Shown: positions 40,180-54,950 of the stretch, piece by piece
How positions within the stretch are numbered: position 1 is the first letter of the stretch
Layout of the letters: every line of letters starts with the position of its first letter
Assembly: GCF_009914755.1 (NCBI RefSeq)
Contig: NC_060944.1
Direction: 5' to 3' (one strand)
Origin: the human T2T-CHM13v2.0 reference genome, Homo sapiens
DNA: 64,000 nucleotides
Made by a program: the position numbers and the translations under genes
Notes under the pieces: model-generated
Seen by the model: only the letters and a program-made list of their open reading frames with translations
What the model was told of the DNA's origin: nothing
Database searches by the model: none

Positions 40180-40425
40180 GGGTCAAATTCGTAGAGACAG
40201 AAGGTAGAACGGTGGTTGCCAAGGGCTGAGGGAGGGAGAAACGGGGAGTTGTTTCACTCATAGAGTTTCAGTTTTGCAAAATGAAAGGAGTTGTGGAGAT
40301 GGATGGTGGTGATGACTGCACAACAATGTGTGTTAATGCCCTGGGCTGCATGGTTAAGAATGGTTCAGATGATCACTTTTATGTTATATGTATTTTATCC
40401 CAATTTAAAAAAAATAAAAAATAAC
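40180..40425 (+). mobile_element. L1MB-like 3' end
   Basis: gtcaaattcgtagagacagaaggtagaacggtggttgcc...ttttatgttatatgtatttta. Confidence 0.85.
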
Positions 40426-41574
40426 GACAAAAAGAAATAGACTACAAAGAAACAATGCTGTTTTTCATCATTCTCACACCAATTAATCCCCAGAGCTGTC
40501 TTCTGATTAAAGACCACCACTGTGTCTTCATTTCAGGGACAGATGAACCCCATCTTGAGACAGCACCTCTGGATTTTATGCCATCCTCATGAGTGACCAA
40601 GGTTTCTTTAGAGCTTTTATGCTCATGAGTTACATTCTGCATTTGGAGTCGAGGGTACACACAGTGCTGCGCTATAAAGACATTAAATGCGAGTCTGCTA
40701 TCTTTTGAATGTCAGAGAATCCCACATAAACATGGTTAAAGAAATAGACGAACCCTTTAGGAAAGGGGTCTCAACAAAGCACTCTGCTCTCCTATTCAGT
40801 GGGGAGGTGGGTCCAACGGTGGCGACAATGATTTTCATGGATGTGGTTCAAGGCTGTTCTGAGCAGATGCGTCAGATTCACGAGGGACTGCAGCCCCTGG
40901 TGGGGCTGGGTTCAAGCATTCCGAGGGCCCCGCCTGAAATCCACGCTCTCATTATCAAGGAAACCACGTGCATCCCTGGTCCTTCTTAAGAATCTGCGTT
41001 CAAGGTCGTTATGGATGCTCTGTGATTGTGAAGGCTCTTTCAGGCCCACCCTTCCCATGTGACGGGATGGTTTCACTGGGTCTCATGTGCTCAAGGTGAG
41101 CTGGGTTTGTATAACCGGCAGTGACTGTTATTCACCGGGAAATGTTCAAAGCCTTAGGGCCAAAACCTGTTTATCTATAACAAAGGGAAAGTCCCCAAGT
41201 CATCTGGGTAGATCATCTTAAAAGAGAGGACTCTTCTATTTTATAGTTTTCCAAATAGTGAGGGATAAACGGTCAAACAGGTAAACTCTCTGTCCCTCAG
41301 CAAAACAACACACAAACAAGTGATAAAGCCCCCCTTGCCAGCATAGGGGGACTCTTTCAGTGTTTGCGGGTGGGTTTAATCTCCCTGGGCTGTTATAGAC
41401 CTTCCTTCCATTGCACTCCTAGAGGCTTCAATGTTATAGGATGGCACTTCTTCATATTTAATCACTTCTGTACAGCTTCCTACATTTTTGCTATATTCAC
41501 AAATCATTTACATTTACTTTGTAATTTTCATTAAATCAATTTTAAACCAATTTAAAAAATTTACTTAGCCGTAG

Positions 41575-41760
41575 CCAGTGGCTTTCAAAGTTGAACATGT
41601 ATCAGAATCACCTGGAGGTCTTGTTCAATGACGTATGGCTGGATCTCCCCCTCAGGGTGCAGTAGGTCTGGGGAGGGGCTGAGAATTTGCATTTTATCAA
41701 TTTTTCAGGTGATTCTGATGTTGCTAATTAGAAGGCTACAGTTCGACAAATACTTTTCTA
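41575..41760. mobile_element. MER5A-like hAT MITE
   Basis: cagtggctttcaaagttgaacatgtatcagaatcacctggagg...gagaatttgcatttt...caggtgattctgatgttgct. Confidence 0.8.
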
Positions 41761-41817
41761 AGCAATAGCATCCCAGGAATCATGGATTTGATATGGCTTT
41801 TTAAAAAGAGGTGTGTT

Positions 41818-42111
41818 GGCTGGGGGTGGTGGCTCATGTTTGTAATTCCAGCCTTTGGGAGGCCGAGGTAAAAGAATCACCTGAGGTCAGGAGTTCAAGA
41901 CCAGTCTGGCCAACATGACAAAACCCCGTCTCTACTAAAAATACAAAAATTAGATAGGCATGGTTGTGGGAGCCTGTAATCCCAGCTACTCAGGAGGCTG
42001 AGGCAGGAGAATCGCTTGAACCTGGGAGGCGGAGCTTGCAGTGAGCTGAATTGCGCCACTGCACTCCAGCCTGGGAGACAGAGTGAGACCCTGTCTCAAA
42101 AAAAAAAAAAA
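41818..42111 (+). mobile_element. AluS
   Basis: Full dimer; TSD aaaag(a)ggtgtgtt. Confidence 0.95.
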
Positions 42112-42544
42112 GGGTGTGTTTTTTAGATTGCAATTAGAAACACGGAGACATTGAGAAGTGGGCAATAATAAAGCCACTTTTCATGAAGTAGTGAGATCCC
42201 CTCCCTACAGTGGGTGTCCTTGTGAAGGAGACCAGGGTGGCGCTCCCTGCTGGCTCTCACCCGCCCCCTGGCGTGGGTGTGCCTACTGATAGAGCCAAGG
42301 GCTGATATCCTATCTGGCTCTGTCGAAGGCACAACTTGGGGCAATTCCTTACCCCTCTTTGTCCCCCAGTCTTCCCATATAAGCAGGGAGGTGATGACAC
42401 TGACTGACATCTAAGGGTTCTGTTGCTCCATCCTGGGGCCTTTTTGAAGATGGTTGCCTGATGGAGGCAGCCTCCAGAAGAGAGGCTGGAATCCCCCTCT
42501 GTGGGGTGGCGGGTGCACTGTGATGTTTCATGTATCAGCACTTT

Positions 42545-43050
42545 CTGAACTGCACTTGACAAAAACCCACCTCAAACTGGCTTGAGCAAGAAAGGAAACT
42601 TATTAGCTCATGCCACTGAAAAATGTATGTCTGGATTCAGGTTTGGCTGGATCCAGGGAATAAAAGGGTGCCATCTACTTCGTCTCACAGTCTCTTTTGC
42701 TTTCACCTGCCTGCTCCATCCTCAGGCAGGTTCCTCTCAGGCAAAGGTAAAACAGTCACCAGCAGCTCCAGGCCTATGTCTTGCCAACTTAGCACCTTTT
42801 CTCAAGGGTTTCAGCAAAAGTCTCAGCACTGACTCTCACTGGACTATATTATGCACCCATCACTGAACCCATTACTCACTGGAGCAGACACAGATTCTGT
42901 GGATTGGCCAGACTTGAGTCTGGTTTCTGCTCCTGAAGTGGTGAGGTATCACCTACACCTAAGAGTTGAGGAGGCATGGCTCTCCAAAGCATGTTGTCAG
43001 GAGCTATTACTAGAGAACAAAAGTATGCTGGGAAGGAAAAAACCCACAGT
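42545..43050. mobile_element. MaLR LTR, MLT1J/K-like
   Basis: aaacccacctcaaactggcttgagcaagaaaggaaacttattagctcatg...gctggatccaggg...ctctcactggac...ccatcactgaaccc. Confidence 0.65.
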
Positions 43051-43151
43051 GGTCCTCCCAGATTCATCTGCATCAGTGGTGATCAAAGTGTGTTCCCTGA
43101 ATCTAAGGGGAAGCATCAACATCACACGGGAGCTTTTAGAAATGCGATTCA

Positions 43152-43452
<301 letters not shown>

Positions 43453-44126
43453 ACAAGAAAAAGAAATGCAATTATCAGGCCCAGCTGTGCAGTCACTGAT
43501 GTAAACCAGAGGCTCTCGACCGTGATTTCAATTTGAATCACCTGGGGTATATTACACCATCTAGACTCTACTCCCAACCAATTTTACCACGGCAGGGAGG
43601 GGACGGGGATCCAGTCACTGGTGTTTTAAAAAAATGTTTCTCCAAATAATTCTCATGGCAGCCAAGGTTGACAGAACCACTAGCTTAAACAGACTCTTGT
43701 TCTCTGCTACTTCTCACTTATGAAATGGCAGTAAATAAGACTGTGGACAGTTTTTCTGTTGAGAATGGTGGTGCATTAAAAGAGCTATTACTAGACTTGG
43801 GAGATGGCAACTTGAGCTGAGGATGTGACGGTTTTTAGTTTTTTTAATACACATTAAAATCAATATAGAACTGATTAAAATTTCTTCTGAGTACCAGCTA
43901 AAGTTACCTTGTATGCTATTAAGTATCCCTGGTGTAGGGGCAGGAACACTGGATTTGAATCCAGAAGACTTGCAGTTGAAAGCCAAGTTCGGTGATAGCT
44001 TGGAGAAGCCATGAAATCTCTCTTTATTTGCATGATGGGAAAGATCTCAGACACCTTTAAACCCCAAACAGAGAAACAGGTGGTGGCTTCAGTGGAGATG
44101 ATGAGTGGGGTGAAGGCAGCCATTAA

Positions 44127-44505
<379 letters not shown>

Positions 44506-46269
44506 ACCAGAATATCTGTTGCTTTTGATGGGCTCAGTTTTGTGGAGAATTGTGAAAGTCTATGTGGAGGAAGGATCTCAGGTGGAAAAGAGGAAGAAAT
44601 GACATTGGCGAGCTGGCTAGGACTGAGGGTACATGATGGAGAGAGTATGCAGGAGTTGACTGAATCCAGAAAAGTTTTGGATTTGGCTTAATTCAGGCAG
44701 GAAGTCAGCCCCTGAAGCAGACGTGTGACTAAACGAAGTGTGAAATGCAGGAGAGGCTCAGGGCAGAGATGACATTGGGAACCCAAGAAAGGGGCTGGAG
44801 AGCCCAGATGGCAGGCAGTGGAGGCCTTTCCTGGGTATTCCCACTGGGAAAAAAAAGGAAGGAAATAAGAGACTCAAGCGACTTTGAGGAGAGAGCGACT
44901 GTTTTAGTGTGGAGATGCTGAAGACCAGCATTTCAAGCTTGGGGAGCTGGATGGGTGGGAGGTGGCGGGGTCAATAGAGGGGAACCTGTGGAATGAGATG
45001 ATCTGGGGGGAAACACCTGTGCGAATGGCAGGGGATAATGTGTAAGAAGGACAGGGTGCTTGTCCCTCAGGGACTCTGGTCTAATGGAGTCTTTCCAGGG
45101 CTGAGCGCCAGAAAATAGACCCAGGCTCTGCCCCAGGTTTCCGGCCGGCTGCACTTCACCATGTGCCCTGTTGGACTCTGACCTCCTGTTCTCACACCGA
45201 GACATTTTAGCCATGGTCAGTGTTTATTTAAGTTACTTCCCCTTGAGTTCACTGGCACAAAACACTGCCCGGTAGGCAAGTACTGCCTGTGCCCCATGAG
45301 GTCTGGGACAGTGCCCGCGGGTGTGCGTCCAGGGGCATCAGGAGTGCAATGTCCAGGCTCTCTGCTCCGTGCAGAGGCTCCTGCAGAGCCAGAGCGCTAC
45401 GAGGGGGAAGGGGAACGTCTGGTTTACATTTTAATTTTAAAGATACTATTCAAATGCGGTACCGTTTTTTCAGATCCGAACTCAATTTTGCCCGTTTCAT
45501 ATTAAATTAGTCATCTCATAGTTTGCATTCTGTTTTGTCATTTGGAATTTTAAACACAAATAAAAACTCCACGTGGTCCCATGGAGACAGAACTGAAATA
45601 ACTCAAAGTTTGCATCTTCACCTCTCTAGGCATCCTGCTATCATTTTTTATTTGGAATCCACCATTCATGGTGAATCTGCAGCATCCCAGGGCTTGTCTT
45701 GTGATTGCACCTGAAGGAAAGGCAGCTCAGACAACACAGCCATAGAAACCCACTTTTGAAACAGCCTGAGTCCACATGAGTCAGGTGCCGGCTGTAGAAC
45801 TGAGAATTCTCTGAATTAACTTCTGAATAGGATGCAATGTTTATTAAAGGATCTGTAATAAAAAGATGCTATTTTGAAACTTACATTTATTTATATAAGA
45901 TTATAACTTATCAGTAATCATCATGAATTATTTAGACCTTTGATCAACAAAATATTTTTTTTCTAGAGAGGAGGATTTTATTCCTGATCTCTTTAAGAAT
46001 TGCTGGACCATGATAATAAAAAGCAGAAAAGTTTTATCAGGATTAGTATTATTGTTAACTTTTCTACAGACAATGCCCCAGTGACCTGCCCTTGGTAGAT
46101 CACTGACTCGCAAGGTGGTTATGAGGATTAAATGAATTAAAACAATTAAAGCACTTAGAAGAGGGCTTGATATTAGCTATTACTGTTTTTTCTACAACAC
46201 ATAAATCCCACTGCTAAAAGAATCCACAGGTATTTGATGAGGGCTGCTCATGAATCTCAAAAATCCTTA

Positions 46270-48330
<2,061 letters not shown>

Positions 48331-48557
48331 AATTTATACATATGCAACTTCATTACCTAAAAAGGGCCATCTTCCAAATTACATTAAAATTTACACAATT
48401 ACATAAAATTTCAATTGTAATAAGTTATAATCATGTAAAATTGCAACCACATAATTAAAAAATTTAAAATGACAAATAGATAAAAATCACATAAATTACA
48501 ATTTTATAAAAACTACATAATACATTACAAAATTACATGACAAAACCTTCCTCAAAA

Positions 48558-48770
48558 CAGGCTTTGGAGTCAGACTGTCTCTGTATGAATTTTGGCGCTG
48601 AGGACAGGCTGTGCAATCCTGTGCCAATCTCTTTACTCCTCTGACCTCTCAACGTCCTTATCTACCATGGTCCCTCTACCTCCTTCAGATGTCAGGAGGA
48701 GTAAATGAAACAATGATATGTAAATCAATTTGCCCTGAGCTTGGTCTATAAAAGGTGTTTAATATTTGGT
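48558..48770 (+). mobile_element. MIR
   Basis: caggctttggagtcagactg...ctgtgcaatcc...ggagtaaatgaaacaatg. Confidence 0.65.
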
Positions 48771-49792
48771 AACAACGTTCATGATTATATGTTAATAATT
48801 TATTCACTCAAGTGTTTATTGAGCATCTATTGTGGGGCCAGGCATGCTGGATACTGGGAAAGCAACGGGAGGCAAAATTGGATGCGGCCTTTCATGCACC
48901 CGGAGCAAGGATTCAGCGTTTGTTCCCGCAGAACCATGACCCACCCCCACTGAAATGAAATGGAGGCCAGTGTTTACCGGGCCACCTCTGCGTACCTCTT
49001 TTGAGCTCTGCATATTGCTTTTGTGCCAGATGGGCAAGAATAAATGAAAGCAGCCATTTCTGCTAGGGAGCAATCAGAGCTTAATATTGAGCTTTTTGGA
49101 AACTGACTCGTAGCAGTCATAGGCAAGGGCCACTTCCTTGAGGAAATGAATGAAGACGTCTTGCTTTTCCTAAGCTAGGTTCCCCGTTTGTATTTCTTGA
49201 CAAGGGCCAAATGTGTCATACAAAGGACTGTTTTCATTGTCCCTGTTTTTCAGTTTCCTCCAAGCCCTACCAGCTTCTCTGCTTCTGCAGGAAGTTTACC
49301 AGGAAACAGGTGCACAAAAGGAAGAATTTGCTGAGGCCCTGGCAAACTGGAAACTGAATCCAGGTGGCCAAGGTCTAATCCTCCCCTACACCAGGTAATT
49401 TCTCTCCCTTGCATCTGATCTTGTGAAGTCAATAGTTCTCAGGTGGCCCATGGCTCCTCCAGTACTTCTGGAAATCTTTGCACCAGTGCCTTTTTTTTTT
49501 AATTTTTTATTTTTTGCCATACATGGCTTTGATTCTCTGCTACACATTTCTCAGATGGTTTTATGAGACCTCAGGAATAATACCTATTTCTTGGCTTTGT
49601 GTGAGGACTCAGTGAAACATGTTAGGAATGCTGTGATGTCTGGTTGGCAGTGCAGAATAAGGGCTCATTTATTGGACTGGTTGTTGGGTCAGGTGGGGCA
49701 GTCTATCTGTAGATATACAGACACATAGATCAATGAACATACAGATGGAGATACAGCTATATAGATAGATGCACATGTACACATACATATAG

Positions 49793-50125
<333 letters not shown>

Positions 50126-50615
50126 TAATTCAACACTTTAACAAATAATCCAGTGCCTACTATATGCAATTCACTGTATTCATATTTACATGAGTGGATC
50201 AATTATTAGTCCTATTTGTGAAATCCAAAAAAAGAATCTAACATTTGAATTTACGTAAGAAGTGTTGGAAAAACTGTTTTCCCAAATGAGCTAAGATGGA
50301 GGAATGGGACTTTTAGGAGTCGGCTTCACAAGTTACCTGCTAATCATTGATCTCAATGTAGGCTAATCCCAGGCAGTGAGAGATGGCCATTCGAGGGCAT
50401 CACTGCAGAAGACCTGGCATTCTGCCTCCTTTTGGAGTCAGACTTTGGTCCCCTGCAGTGTTTGCCATTGTGGGGGCATCAGATGCTGATGGGCAGAATG
50501 AATGTGGAGGAAGTTGGCTTCACTAGGGCAAGGAATGAATGGCCACCACTGCTTTTGTGCCAAAGGACTAAGCCTCCCTGGGAGAGAGGACAAGAACAGG
50601 CTGGAGGAGGGGTGC

Positions 50616-50722
50616 CCTTCATCATCTTGTGAGCATCTGGGCCAAGTTCAGGGCTGGTGCTCTCGTTCAGATAGATTTAGCTGGTGGTGCAGAGATCCGT
50701 GAGCTTGCTTTTACAGGACTTT
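50616..50722 (+). repeat. Left arm of a 107-bp inverted duplication
   Basis: Reverse complement of 51644-51750; 99/107 identical, ungapped (manual alignment). Confidence 0.95.
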
Positions 50723-51551
50723 AATGATATATAAAAGCAGCACGAGGTGCTCCTGACTGTGGATTAATTTGGAGATGACTTTCTCTGTTGAAGAGTAGCA
50801 AGACTCTCGCGAGTTCTTAAAAATGCACTTGTTTGGTATGAGAATGAAAAGCAGTGGCTGAAGAACCAATCTTCAATGGGCAAGCCTTCTCTGGTAAGTT
50901 AAACAAATTCAGGCTGGGATTTAGAGGAATTCGTGCTTGTGTAAGGATTAGGGCATGCCAAAGTGAAAACTCCAGTATGCAAAAGTATTACTGAGAGGTG
51001 ATTTAGAAATACAGATACTTGCGTTTATTTGACAGATCTGGAGCAGTTACTGTCTGCTGCAAAGGTTGCCACTACGGATGCAAGAGGAAAGGGCCCTCAT
51101 GATTTCTGTTTGATTGTGGCCACCAAGACTAAATGGCGGAATGTAGGAATTACAAAAGCATGGAGGAAGGGAGGGAATTTTTGCAACTCATGAATAACCT
51201 TGTAAATGGAAAAGCCTGCTTTACCCCTGAAAAAGGAATAAAAGACTTGAGTTTACATGAGAAGTGTTAAAAAAAATTTCCCGTATACCCTTGCCTTCTG
51301 GTTAATTCCATTTTAAAATTGTAATTTAAAGCTAAATTAAAAGTAAGCCAATGTTGTGGAGGCGTGGAGTGGAATACAAGTACCTGGGCCCCACTTCCCA
51401 AGATCTGGATTTAGCTGGTCTGAGATAGATCCTAAACTCTGAATTTCTAACAAGCTCCCAGGTATGCTGATGCTGCTGTTCTGCACGTCATACCTGGGGT
51501 GGCACTGAGTGAGAGGTTGTTAGTTTTCCATTTTTGAAGGTATTGAGCAGA

Positions 51552-51829
51552 GAATGGTTCTCAAATTTGGCTGCATTAGAGTCAACTGGGGAGCTTTAAA
51601 AAAGCCCTAGTATCCTGACTGCATCCCAGATCAACAACAGCAGAAAGTCCCATAAAAGCAAGCTCATGGATCTCTGCACCACCAGCTACATCCATCTGAA
51701 CAAGAGCACCAGCACTGAACTTGGCCCAGATGCTCACAAGATAATGAAGGCTGTGGGGTTCAGGCATCTGTATTTTTAATAGCTTCCCACATAGTTCAAT
51801 GTGTAGCCGAGGTGAAGAACTGCTGCTCT
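51552..51829. mobile_element. MER5A-like MITE interrupted by a 107-bp non-MER5 insert
   Basis: tggttctcaaatttggctgcattagagtcaactggggagcttt...cccagatc...cag [insert] ctgtggggttcaggcatctgtatttttaatagcttccc...gaagaactgctg. Confidence 0.75.
51644..51750 (-). repeat. Right arm of the 107-bp inverted duplication
   Basis: Reverse complement matches 50616-50722. Confidence 0.95.
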
Positions 51830-52045
51830 AGGAGGAAATTATTTGAGGCAACGGCAACCAAAGGTCTTAGTCATCATGAGGTGTCAGAATCACTTTGGAG
51901 ACCACGAATATTTTGTAACGCTTCCTGTCCTATCTTGAAATGAAATTCACAGATTGTATAATCTACTTACATGCATCATTACAAAAAGTTCTTTCTGTAA
52001 TATAAAGGAGAAACAAAAGAGAAGTTGAAAAAGGTAACTTTTGGT

Positions 52046-52047
<2 letters not shown>

Positions 52048-52097
<50 letters not shown>
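52048..52097. repeat. (CA)n microsatellite
   Basis: About 24 perfect CA units. Confidence 0.98.
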
Positions 52098-52099
<2 letters not shown>

Positions 52100-52930
52100 T
52101 CGATAGGTAAATGCTTGGGCACAAGCTCTCTAGAAGACGTAATAAAGTATCCAGGTGTTTGTCTTGTAAGAATGTGATCCCGACAACCCCAGAGCCAGGC
52201 CAAGCCTGGAGCACAGGACCAGTGACTCAGACACTACCGGCTTGGCGTCATGGTGCCGTGGTTTTCCATACTGGTGAAAAACGCTCAGTAAATTTCTAGG
52301 CACAACAACACACGTTGACTGACTCTGGGTTCCTGCATATTCCGCTCATACTAAACCAGGCGATAATGCTCTATGATTACGTGTCAGAGAGTTAGGGCCT
52401 AGGGTAGGTAATTAGCAACTGGTTGTTCACCGACATGCATTTCAGGCTGAATTTTGAGCATTTCAGAAATTCTAGCTTCCCTCTTCCTCCCCCAAATGCG
52501 AAGATGTCTCCACTATAATTGAACAATCACAAACGGCCCCTTCCAATGTCTCAGGGCTCCCCGTTGAACACCCATGTGGAATAAGGAGTGAAGGTGAGCT
52601 CACTGAAATGCACTCGATGCCAGTTCCACCTTCCACACCGGAGCAGCGTCCCGCAGACCAGGGCTGGTGGGCGAAACTGGTGGGCAAAATGGGGTGGGCT
52701 GGATAAAGGACTCCCACCCCAAATGGCTGCAGAGGCCTATTTGAGGGAGTGGAGAGAGAAGGGTTGCGGGCTTCCAGCCAAGCTTTACCCTCACTGAAAG
52801 TTCAGGTTCAGGGCCCAGTCCCCCAGCGTGAAAAAGGGACCCTTATAAAGAGGTAAAGGGGCTTCCTTCAAATCCCCTGCACCCGCGCCCCCTCCCTCAA
52901 AGATAATCCTGGGAAATATTTAGCGATCTC

Positions 52931-52948
52931 CAGTGCCCTCTAGTGGCA
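52931..52948 (-). promoter_or_regulatory. CTCF core motif
   Basis: The minus strand reads TGCCACTAGAGGGCACTG, fitting the CCASYAGRKGGCRS core, in unique and mildly CpG-retaining sequence. Confidence 0.8.
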
Positions 52949-53124
52949 GATACTTGTCATGCCAGGCACCAAAAGATGGTTAATAATTTTTATTGTTTAA
53001 AAACATCACACAAGCCCATGCAGGTTCATACAGTAACAATCTCAAGCTTTCCTGCATTTCCTTTTATCATCCCGATCTTACTACACCCCTAGAGAACATT
53101 TACATTCCTTTCCTATGCATTTAC

Positions 53125-53435
53125 AAATGATATATATGTATATTATATATTCGTTTCTATATGTTACACAGAGATGTAGACATGTAGAAATATACATTAC
53201 ATGTGCACATATGAAGTGTATGACTTATAAATAAGCATAAAATATATTTTGTATGGCATATATGTGTATATATTTTATATTTACAAATGTAAAAATATTT
53301 TAAAACTTTATATAAATATATAAAAATATAATACATTTAATTCTATGCTTTATACAATATGTTTATATAAAGTTTATGCTTATATTGATAATATATTTTT
53401 ATGTACTATATAAAGTCTGAAAATATATTGTATAA
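53125..53435. repeat. AT-rich low-complexity tract
   Basis: Degenerate (TA)n, very low GC. Confidence 0.85.
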
Positions 53436-53436
53436 G

Positions 53437-53733
53437 GTTTATTTTTATTTTTATTTATTTATTTTTGAGACAGGGTCTTGCTCTGTTGCCCAGGCTGGAG
53501 TGCAATGGCACAGTTCACTGCAGCCCCGAACTCCTGGGCTCAAGGGATCCCCCCACCTGAGCCTCCGAAGTAGCTAGGACTACAGGTGCAAGTTGCCATG
53601 CCTGGCTAATTTTTTGTAGAGACAGGATCTCCCTGCGATGCTCAGGCTAGTCTTGAACTACTGGGTTCAAGCAATCCTCCTGTCTTGGCCTCCCAAAGTG
53701 CTTGAATTACAGGTGTGAGCCACACACCCGGCC
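53437..53733 (-). mobile_element. AluJ
   Basis: Dimer with (TTTA)n tail and small deletions. Confidence 0.92.
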
Positions 53734-54056
53734 TGAGGTTTTTAAACACAAAGTGATCTGACTGTTTTACCGCTGCATGCTGTTGTGCAGTGTGGAAATA
53801 ATCTGATTTGTTTGATTTTTCTCCCCTACAGATGGACATTTAGATGCCTTTCATTTTTCTTCCATTGCAAGAATACTTTGTACATATATGTGAGTTTTTC
53901 TATAAGAAACACTTCCAGCTTTTCATTTAAGTCAGAGACTCAAATCTGAAATGCAAAAGCTTGTAAAACTGTGAAGTGTTAAAAATCATCCCGCCAAAGG
54001 AGTGAGGTGAAGGGAAGTTTTATAAAATTGGAATGGAAGGAAAAGGCTGGACAGGA

Positions 54057-54231
54057 GTGGGATGGCGTGGCTGAGAGGGAGATAGGAGGCTGGGTATGGA
54101 TGAGGAGTGGGAAGTGTGGGATGGCGTGGCTGAGAGGGAGATAGGAGGCTGGATATGGATGAGGAGTGGGAAGTGTGGGATGGCGTGGCTGAGAGGGAGA
54201 TAGGAGGCTGGGTATGGGTGAGGAGTGGGAA
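54057..54231 (+). repeat. 59-bp minisatellite, ~3 copies
   Basis: Unit gtgggatggcgtggctgagagggagataggaggctgggtatggatgaggagtgggaagt starting at 54057, 54116 and 54175, nearly identical. Confidence 0.97.
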
Positions 54232-54289
54232 TTGGGAACACCGTTTTCACCTAAAGCTGTATTCAGGGCCTGGGGTTTTTGTTTTTGTA

Positions 54290-54950
54290 TTTATTTAGAA
54301 AATAGATAAAACTTCTATCTGGTTCAAAATTCGACAACAACAGAAAGGTGTTAGATCTCATCTTCCTTATTCTTCTGTCTTCCAGCCGCTCCGTTCTCCC
54401 CAGCAGAGCCAACTAAAGTAATCAGCGTCTTCTGTATCCTTCCACAGATAGTACATGCATAAGCAAAAAGAAAAAAAAAAGTTTCTTTCTCTTTCTCATT
54501 TTCCCTTCAAAAACCACCAATAATTGTACCTGACATACATAGCCTGCCCCTTTTCTTCATTAAATAATGGGAGATTATGTCATTAGGAAGAAACAGATTT
54601 CTTCATTCTCTCTGCCTGGCATTCCATTATGTGGATGAGGTGTTATTTATTTAAGCAGTCCGCACCTGAAGGACATCTTGGTTGGTTCCAATCTTTGCTA
54701 TGACAACAGTGCCACAATGAGTAGCCTTGTACAACTGTCATTATGTGCATGTGTGGGGACACATGTAGGATACAGTCCTGGTAGTGGAATTCCTGTCTCA
54801 GAGGGTTTTTTAAAAAGAACTGCAAGTTGCCGTCTGTGGAAGCCTTGCCAGTTTGTACCCTTGTGTGTTCTGCTTCACATCTACCAGCACCGGAGTCACT
54901 GAGCGTTATGTTATTTGCCAACTGGATAAGTGAAAAATGGTATCTCAGGG
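54290..54950 (-). mobile_element. L1ME-like fragment
   Basis: attccattatgtggatg...ggacatcttggttggttccaatctttgctatgacaa...gtagtggaattcctg...aaaaatggtatctca. Confidence 0.75.

Noticed and set aside
42258-42275. Second CTCF-like motif (minus strand CGCCAGGGGGCGG)
   Set aside because: Only a partial match to the core, much weaker than the 52931 site.
54057-54231. Regularly spaced repeats as a possible CRISPR-like array
   Set aside because: The units are contiguous with no unique spacers and the DNA is primate; this is a minisatellite.
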